64,000 nucleotides of DNA, from NCBI GenBank assembly GCA_040377305.1, contig JBEIPA010000013.1:64001-128000 (forward strand), given 5' to 3'. Under the pieces are notes generated by a model. That model saw only the letters and a list, made by a program, of their open reading frames with translations, did not search any database and had not been told where the DNA came from. How positions within the stretch are numbered: the stretch's first letter is position 1; each line of letters begins with the position of its first letter. Positions 58,901 to 64,000 of this stretch are shown here, one piece after another. The position numbers were made by a program, and so were the translations under genes. The stretch is from Flavobacteriales bacterium. Lineage in GTDB: Bacteria > Bacteroidota > Bacteroidia > Palsa-965.

Positions 58901-59872
58901 TCGGGCGCATTGATGAGCGGCTTCAACGGAATTCTTTATCCGACCGTATTCGATAAGCCCGCAACTATTACAACGCTTGGAAACGATCCTCCGAATCCTC
59001 CGTTCGTGTTCAAGTTGCAGCGTAACGTTTTGTATCACGGAAAAGTAAGTGTGGTGAATGGAAACTTTGAATTCTCATTCGTTGTTCCCCGCGACATTTC
59101 ATACTCCTACGGAATCGGAAGAGTGAGTTATTACGCGGAGGATGGAATTACTGATGCGCATGGTCATTATGAAAATCTGGTGATCGGTGGCTCGAATACA
59201 ACTGCACCTCCGGATAACGTTGGGCCTGCAATACGGTTGTTCCTGAACGACAGTTTGTTTGTCGCAGGCGGAATTACTGACGAGAGTCCGAAGCTGTTTG
59301 CGATGGTAACCGATAGTAATGGTGTGAATACAGTTGGTAATGGTATTGGTCACGACATCGTTGCGGTTCTTGATGAAGAAACGGATCACGCTATTGTACT
59401 AAACGATTATTACCAGGCAAGCATAAACAGTTATCAGAGCGGAACGATTATTTATCCGTTCGCTGATCTCGAACCAGGTCCACACACATTGTCGCTGAAA
59501 GTTTGGGACGTGTACAACAATTCTGCAACGGTTACTACCGATTTTGTGGTGCAGGCAGCGAGCGGATTGCGATTGAGTCATGTGTTGAATTATCCGAATC
59601 CGTTTACAACAACAACTTCATTCTACTTCGAACACAACCAATGTTGTACCGATTTCGATGCGATGGTTCAGATTTTCACTGTATCAGGAAAGCTGGTGAA
59701 AACGATAAACGAGCATCTTTACTCTGAAGGCTATCGCTCACAGGCCATTATTTGGGACGGAACCGACGATTACGGTGATAAAATCGGTCGTGGTGTGTAT
59801 ATCTACCGGATGTATGTGCGTACTGCGGATGGCTTAGCAGCAGAGCATTACGACAAACTGGTAATTCTCTAG
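55985..59872 (+). CDS. porU: T9SS sortase PorU (peptidase C25)
   Basis: SVLASGTWYKI, IYNEFSSG, YTGHGG/ATCEF His-Cys dyad, GNGIGHD, LNYPNPF. Start moved to MKSRS. Confidence 0.95.
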   Translation: MKSRSATIRLFTAICALVATQGMAQNFRKLNTGEHQELRWTTPIYNRFNENEVKTFAYFEGAQYDASKNFLPYWQEMKQLNSDVTVTAVIENAVYETMDPNSVSAIGTQASQIGTEAEVVAIVTKSRGKFYSSIRIVPMRRTGNGTIQRLVSFDLRTIETPNTQRQQIQTSSVANSVLASGTWYKIAVVYSGIHKIDYNFLNNLGIDMASLDPRDLRLYGNGRGQLPFSNYEQHYDDLNENAIYVQGEADGVFDQNDYMLFYGVAPNTWEYDTSDNHYRHHVHEYSDTTYYFLTYDKGPGASRIQGQGSSLLTPTDTVDAFDDYGFHEYDNENLIKSGRSWYGEKIDIINTYSFAFNFPNIELGELSWCDVDMISRNGSSTSFNLSCQSNTSQFFIGPAQMTTYYAPYAIGGGQEITFTPNGPTITVTVTRDPNSAATAWINWVEVNCRRQLRMSGSQMAFRDMTTVGAGNVALYQFSNFSNSTVIWDVTDYANPKTQATTINGPILEWTLPADTLHEFVAFDGSSYHTPRSAGAIVNQNLHATPQVDYIIVTHPMFMAQAQELAQLHADHDTLTTVIVTPQQIYNEFSSGAQDVTAIRDFVKMLYDRASTPEELPKYLLLLGDGSYDNKRRLSNNTNFIPTFQNFDGLGLTTSYVSDEFYGLLDDQGHWDSGADVGTCDLGIGRFPVQSVAEAQGIVDKIRFYMTRQEPVINTAACTNNQCGNGGEWRNTVVFVGDDEDSNIHMSQADQMATLVDTSYDNYNIDKIYLDAYQQVETPGGSRYPDVNEAITRRVERGALIINYTGHGGEVGLAHERVVEVHQINSWRNMCNLPLFVTATCEFARYDDPGRTSAGEYVILNSLGAGIGLFTTTRLVYSTPNFVLNRNFYRTVFEPINGEMPHIGDVYWETKLLSGNSTNNRNFALLGDPALKLNYAHNEVVTTEVNNEPVNMSQADTLKALDRVTIKGFVSDPSGALMSGFNGILYPTVFDKPATITTLGNDPPNPPFVFKLQRNVLYHGKVSVVNGNFEFSFVVPRDISYSYGIGRVSYYAEDGITDAHGHYENLVIGGSNTTAPPDNVGPAIRLFLNDSLFVAGGITDESPKLFAMVTDSNGVNTVGNGIGHDIVAVLDEETDHAIVLNDYYQASINSYQSGTIIYPFADLEPGPHTLSLKVWDVYNNSATVTTDFVVQAASGLRLSHVLNYPNPFTTTTSFYFEHNQCCTDFDAMVQIFTVSGKLVKTINEHLYSEGYRSQAIIWDGTDDYGDKIGRGVYIYRMYVRTADGLAAEHYDKLVIL

Positions 59873-59910
59873 TAAAAGCATCAGTTAAATTTTATATTTG
59901 CTTACTAACA

Positions 59911-61179
59911 ATGATTGAAATGAAAAATTTGGCCACAAAAGCGGTTGTAGTTGCAGGAGCGGCTTTGTTAATTTCCGCAGTGCCAGCATCTGCACAAAAC
60001 GGACCTACCAGCACGTTAACGCGTGATGAGATTTTGGGTGGACTGAATACGATCACTACCGCGGTACCTTTTCTTCTCATCACACCTGACTCACGCGCAG
60101 GAGGAATGGGAGAAGTAGGAGTTTCGACGACGCCTGATGTAAATTCTATTCACTGGAATGCCGCGAAGCTTGCGTTTGCTCCGCAGAAATTCGGTCTGGG
60201 AGTTTCGTACACACCCTGGTTGCGTGCGCTTGTTCCGGACATTAACCTCGCTTACGTTTCTTTCTACGTGAAGCCGGATAAGAATTCAGCATTTGCAAGC
60301 TCACTGCGTTATTTCTCTATGGGTAGTATCACCTTTACTGATGTAGTAGGAAATACCATTGGGCAGTTCCGTCCGAATGAATTTGCACTTGATGCAGCGT
60401 ACTCACGGAAACTTAGTGAACGTTTCTCTGCAGCAATGACGGCTCGATTTATTTTGTCGAACCTCACGAACGGAATCACGGTTCAGGGTCAGGATACAAA
60501 AGCGGGTAAAGCAGTTGCAGTTGACTTGTCTGCGTTCTACATGAACGATGATCTCGAAATGGCAGATAAGCCAATGACACTTATGTTCGGTCTTGCGATC
60601 ACAAACATTGGTAACAAGATTTCTTACTCAACGAGCACGAACAAAGATTTCATTCCAATCAATCTTCGTCTGGGTGGTGGTTTCAGCGTGAAAGCAGATG
60701 ATTACAACCGCATCGGATTTAATCTGGAGTTCAACAAGCTTCTCGTTCCGACTCCTCCGATTTACAAGAAAGACCAGCAAGGAAATTATATTCCGGATGG
60801 TAACGGTGGTTACGAAATTGAATTCGGAAAAGACCCAAACCGTTCTGTGCCTGAAGGAATGTTCGGTTCATTCAATGATGCGCCGGGTGGTTTCACAGAA
60901 GAGCTACGTGAGATTAACCTGAGCACTGGTGCTGAATACTGGTACAACGAAACATTCGCAATTCGCGCCGGATATTTCTACGAGCATCCTTTGAAAGGGA
61001 ATCGTCAGTTCCTAACGCTTGGTGCAGGAATCAAGTACAATGTATTCGGACTTGACTTCGCTTACCTCATTCCAACAAACGCACAACGCAGTCCGCTGCA
61101 GAATACATTGCGTTTCACGCTTACGTTCGACTTCGATGCAATGAAGAAGAATAACGAAGCTGGCGGCGACGCAAAATAG
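59911..61179 (+). CDS. porV: T9SS shuttle PorV
   Basis: ITTAVPFLLITPDSRAGGMG, YTPWLRALV, AIRAGYFYE...KGNRQF, SPLQNTLRF; directly after porU. Confidence 0.95.
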   Translation: MIEMKNLATKAVVVAGAALLISAVPASAQNGPTSTLTRDEILGGLNTITTAVPFLLITPDSRAGGMGEVGVSTTPDVNSIHWNAAKLAFAPQKFGLGVSYTPWLRALVPDINLAYVSFYVKPDKNSAFASSLRYFSMGSITFTDVVGNTIGQFRPNEFALDAAYSRKLSERFSAAMTARFILSNLTNGITVQGQDTKAGKAVAVDLSAFYMNDDLEMADKPMTLMFGLAITNIGNKISYSTSTNKDFIPINLRLGGGFSVKADDYNRIGFNLEFNKLLVPTPPIYKKDQQGNYIPDGNGGYEIEFGKDPNRSVPEGMFGSFNDAPGGFTEELREINLSTGAEYWYNETFAIRAGYFYEHPLKGNRQFLTLGAGIKYNVFGLDFAYLIPTNAQRSPLQNTLRFTLTFDFDAMKKNNEAGGDAK

Positions 61180-61200
61180 CGTCATCCATTGCCTTATAGA

Positions 61201-61232
61201 AAAACGGCGATTCCTCAAGAGTCGCCGTTTTT
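61201..61232 (+). terminator. Rho-independent terminator
   Basis: aaaacggcgatt-cctcaa-gagtcgccgttttt. Confidence 0.75.
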
Positions 61233-61625
61233 TATTTGCCACACCTTTTCACTTTTTTCTTTCCACTTTTTTAGAAAAAGTGGAGCAAAAATCGGCCGCC
61301 TAATATTTTCATTCGATTTTTCTCGTCTCCACGCGCACCGCGTCCCTAGGCGCGACGTCGTCTCTAAGAAAATGTGTGCTTCGGAGCAACTACATTCGTC
61401 ATTGATCAACATCATTCGCCGCGCTTGGTCCGCTTAAGGTGCACGTTCCAACGGAAAAATCGCCTGAAAATATTTTGCGTCCCGGCCCGCCTCACGAGTA
61501 GGGTAAATTGGGGACCGCATCAAATGTGTGCCTTGAAAAAACGAGAATGGTGTTGTCCACAATGAAAATTGTGCTTGAAGCGCAATTGAAAACGTCTTTT
61601 TTCGTTTTACAATTGGCCCACGCAC

Positions 61626-62699
61626 ATGAAACGATTTCTTCTTTTTTCATTGGTAAATCTGGCGGTTGCTCCTTTGGTGTCGCAATCGAATTACCAGATC
61701 AACAGCGACTCAACAGCGGTTCCGTTTTTGAGAATTTCTCCCGACTCTCGTGCTGGAGGAATGGGTGATGGAGGTGTCGCGTGTGCAGGTGATCCCAATG
61801 CGATTCACTGGAACCTGGCGAACCTTGCTTTTGCGAAGAGAAAATTTGCGGTGGCTGTTTCTTATACGCCGTGGATGCGTGCACTCGTACCCGATTGCAA
61901 TCTTGCATATCTGGGATTCTATGTGAAGCCCGACTCCATTTCTGCAATCGGTGTATCGCTTAGATATTTTTCATTCGGACAAATGACTACACTTACACCG
62001 GGGATTGGTGCTTACGGACAATTCCGACCGAACGAGTATGCAGCAGACATAGGCTACACACGTAAACTCTCAGAACATTTCGCGGCGGGAATCAGTGCTC
62101 GTTTGATCCAATCCAATTTGGTTGGTCCGGGCGTATTTGCGCTATCAATGATTAAGGGCATGGCATGCGCCGGCGACATCACCGCTGCATGGAAAGGAGA
62201 TGCGATCGGAAGTGAATTCAGAAACATGAGACCTTCACTCGGACTTTCCATCTCGAACATCGGAACAAAGATGTGGTATCGCGATCGCGACTCAGCAGAA
62301 TTTCTTCCAACGAATGCGCGTTTTGGAGGTGCATTGTTGTTTGTGATTGCACCTAATCATCAGTTCACATGGCAAGGTGAAGCAAACAAATTACTTGTGC
62401 CTACTACAACGGTAAACACCACAAAGGAGAAGCTCGGACAAATAACACTCAGCAGCGGAATTGAATACATCTTCAAACAGAACTTCAAATTTCGCGGCGG
62501 ATATTTCCACGAGTTTAGATCACACAGCGACAATCGCTACATGACCACAGGAGTCGGAATTGAGTATAGTGTGTTTCAACTGGATTTCGCGTATCTGATT
62601 CCGGTGGGAAGAGTTCACAGTGCGCCGGAAGAAACAATTCGGTTTACGTTGTTGTTGAATTTTGATGTGCTTCGTCAGGCCAAACCAAAACGCAAATGA
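61626..62699 (+). CDS. PorV paralogue 2 (short-loop form)
   Basis: AVPFLRISPDSRAGGMG, YTPWMRALVPD, LDFAYLIP. Confidence 0.88.
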   Translation: MKRFLLFSLVNLAVAPLVSQSNYQINSDSTAVPFLRISPDSRAGGMGDGGVACAGDPNAIHWNLANLAFAKRKFAVAVSYTPWMRALVPDCNLAYLGFYVKPDSISAIGVSLRYFSFGQMTTLTPGIGAYGQFRPNEYAADIGYTRKLSEHFAAGISARLIQSNLVGPGVFALSMIKGMACAGDITAAWKGDAIGSEFRNMRPSLGLSISNIGTKMWYRDRDSAEFLPTNARFGGALLFVIAPNHQFTWQGEANKLLVPTTTVNTTKEKLGQITLSSGIEYIFKQNFKFRGGYFHEFRSHSDNRYMTTGVGIEYSVFQLDFAYLIPVGRVHSAPEETIRFTLLLNFDVLRQAKPKRK

Positions 62700-63886
62700 A
62701 GAAACTGATTCTTGCAGTACTTTTTCCCGTTAGTCTTTACGCGCAAAGTCCCTATCCATTTTTCCCTACGATTGATGGGACCGAAATATTGGGACAAGTG
62801 AATGGCATACCGATAGCATTTCCTTTTCTGCGAATTGCACCCGATGCACGTGCAGGCGGGATGGGTGATGGAAGTGTTGCACTTTCCAACGATGCGAACG
62901 CCATGTTTTGGAATCCGTCGCGACTAGCATTTAATAAAACGCGTTATGGTACTGCGGTAACGTGGAATCCATGGTTGCGTGCCTTGGTGCCTGATCTCAA
63001 TCGTTTTTATGTTGCTGCATATTTCAAGCCCGATTCTGTTTCAGCAATAGGTGTTTCGTACACGTATATTTCCCTGGAATCTATAAGTGGGTACATGTGG
63101 ATACCGACTGAGCGAACCTGGGCCATGAGCACGGATGTTGCTTACTCAAGAAAGGTTCATAAGAATATTTCTGTAGGTCTTACCGGGCGATATATCCAAT
63201 CATCAAACTATCCCGTGTACGGGAACAGTAATCAGGCATTTGCTGCCGACATTGGTTTTTCATGGGTTGGGAATGAATTCGACTGTAAAAACTGGAACGG
63301 ACATCTTCAATCGGGTCTTGCAATTACGAATATGGGGCCGAAGTTATTGTATGATGCCGCCTGGGTACCAGATGACTTCCTTCCAACGAATCTCGCCCTT
63401 GCATTCGGAAGCGAGTTCGAAAAAAATGAGAAGCACTTCATCGCATTTCAGGTTGAATTGAACAAGCTGTTGGTTCCATCGCCACCGATATATGCGATGG
63501 ATGCCAGTGGAAATTATATTCCCGATGGTAACGGGGGGTACGTAATCGCATATGGTAAAGATCCGGACCGTTCGGCGTGGGACGGAATGATTGGTTCGTT
63601 CAACGATGCTCCGGGCGGTGCGAAGGAAGAGTTGCGGGAAATCTACGGTAGTGCAGGGGTGGAGTATGATTATAAGCGAATCGTAAAAGCGCGAGCCGGC
63701 GTTTTCTACGAGCATCAAACGAAAGGCGCGAGACAATATCTCACCTTCGGAGTAGGACTATGTTACAAGAATGTTGCGTTTGATGTGTCGTATTTACATC
63801 CGGTGAATGCACAACGAAGTCCGCTGCAAAACACCCTGAAGTTCACGTTGCTCGTACACTGGAATAAGTTCAGCGCATCCAAATAA
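62696..63886 (+). CDS. PorV paralogue 3
   Basis: FPFLRIAPDARAGGMG, PWLRALVPD, SFNDAPGG..EELRE, NAQRSPLQNTLKF; ATGA-coupled to paralogue 2. Confidence 0.9.
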   Translation: MKKLILAVLFPVSLYAQSPYPFFPTIDGTEILGQVNGIPIAFPFLRIAPDARAGGMGDGSVALSNDANAMFWNPSRLAFNKTRYGTAVTWNPWLRALVPDLNRFYVAAYFKPDSVSAIGVSYTYISLESISGYMWIPTERTWAMSTDVAYSRKVHKNISVGLTGRYIQSSNYPVYGNSNQAFAADIGFSWVGNEFDCKNWNGHLQSGLAITNMGPKLLYDAAWVPDDFLPTNLALAFGSEFEKNEKHFIAFQVELNKLLVPSPPIYAMDASGNYIPDGNGGYVIAYGKDPDRSAWDGMIGSFNDAPGGAKEELREIYGSAGVEYDYKRIVKARAGVFYEHQTKGARQYLTFGVGLCYKNVAFDVSYLHPVNAQRSPLQNTLKFTLLVHWNKFSASK

Positions 63887-64000
63887 GACGGTGACACTTG
63901 TTGCTTAATTTGCAAAGCAGACGTATGCGTTGAGCGAAACGGCAATGCACAACCAGAGTGCGTAAGGAGACATGAGCACGCCCTGTAGAGTTGAAGTTTT

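Noticed and set aside
146-63945. Numerous 60-210-aa antisense or alternate-frame ORFs
   Set aside because: They are shadows of well-supported genes with no recognisable motifs.

Overview
Chromosomal window from a Bacteroidota bacterium, identified by T9SS/gliding genes (porU, porV, gldJ, porP/sprF), type A/B T9SS C-terminal domains and TAnnTTTG promoters. It is mostly core genome: rplM-rpsI-rpsB-tsf-pyrH-frr, kbl, purT, dprA, gpmI, folC, exbBD/tonB, anmK, murF and tRNA-Val(TAC). Accessory features include a HipBA-like toxin-antitoxin pair, three tandem TPR-SpoIIE/PP2C genes, an ECF sigma/anti-sigma pair, a YHYH-MORN-SCO cluster, several T9SS cargo proteins and three tandem PorV paralogues. 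I see no integrase, transposase, reverse transcriptase, cas gene or CRISPR array. The most unusual signal is a conserved ~120-nt element found twice, directly behind the stop codons of two SpoIIE genes (13201-13357, 15304-15462). Each copy duplicates the gene's last 8-11 codons (the DDVLV strand), carries a hairpin whose arm co-varies with the host gene sequence, contains an antisense tract able to pair with either copy, and is open as a 37-39-codon reading frame. Other leads are a tRNA 3'-end duplication of similar design, nested perfect inverted repeats at 26408-26701, an unannotated 24-aa hydrophobic ORF, and two orphan structured RNA candidates. All calls come from reading the sequence and recalling family motifs; no database searches were run. 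Several start codons were moved downstream of the ORF-track starts.
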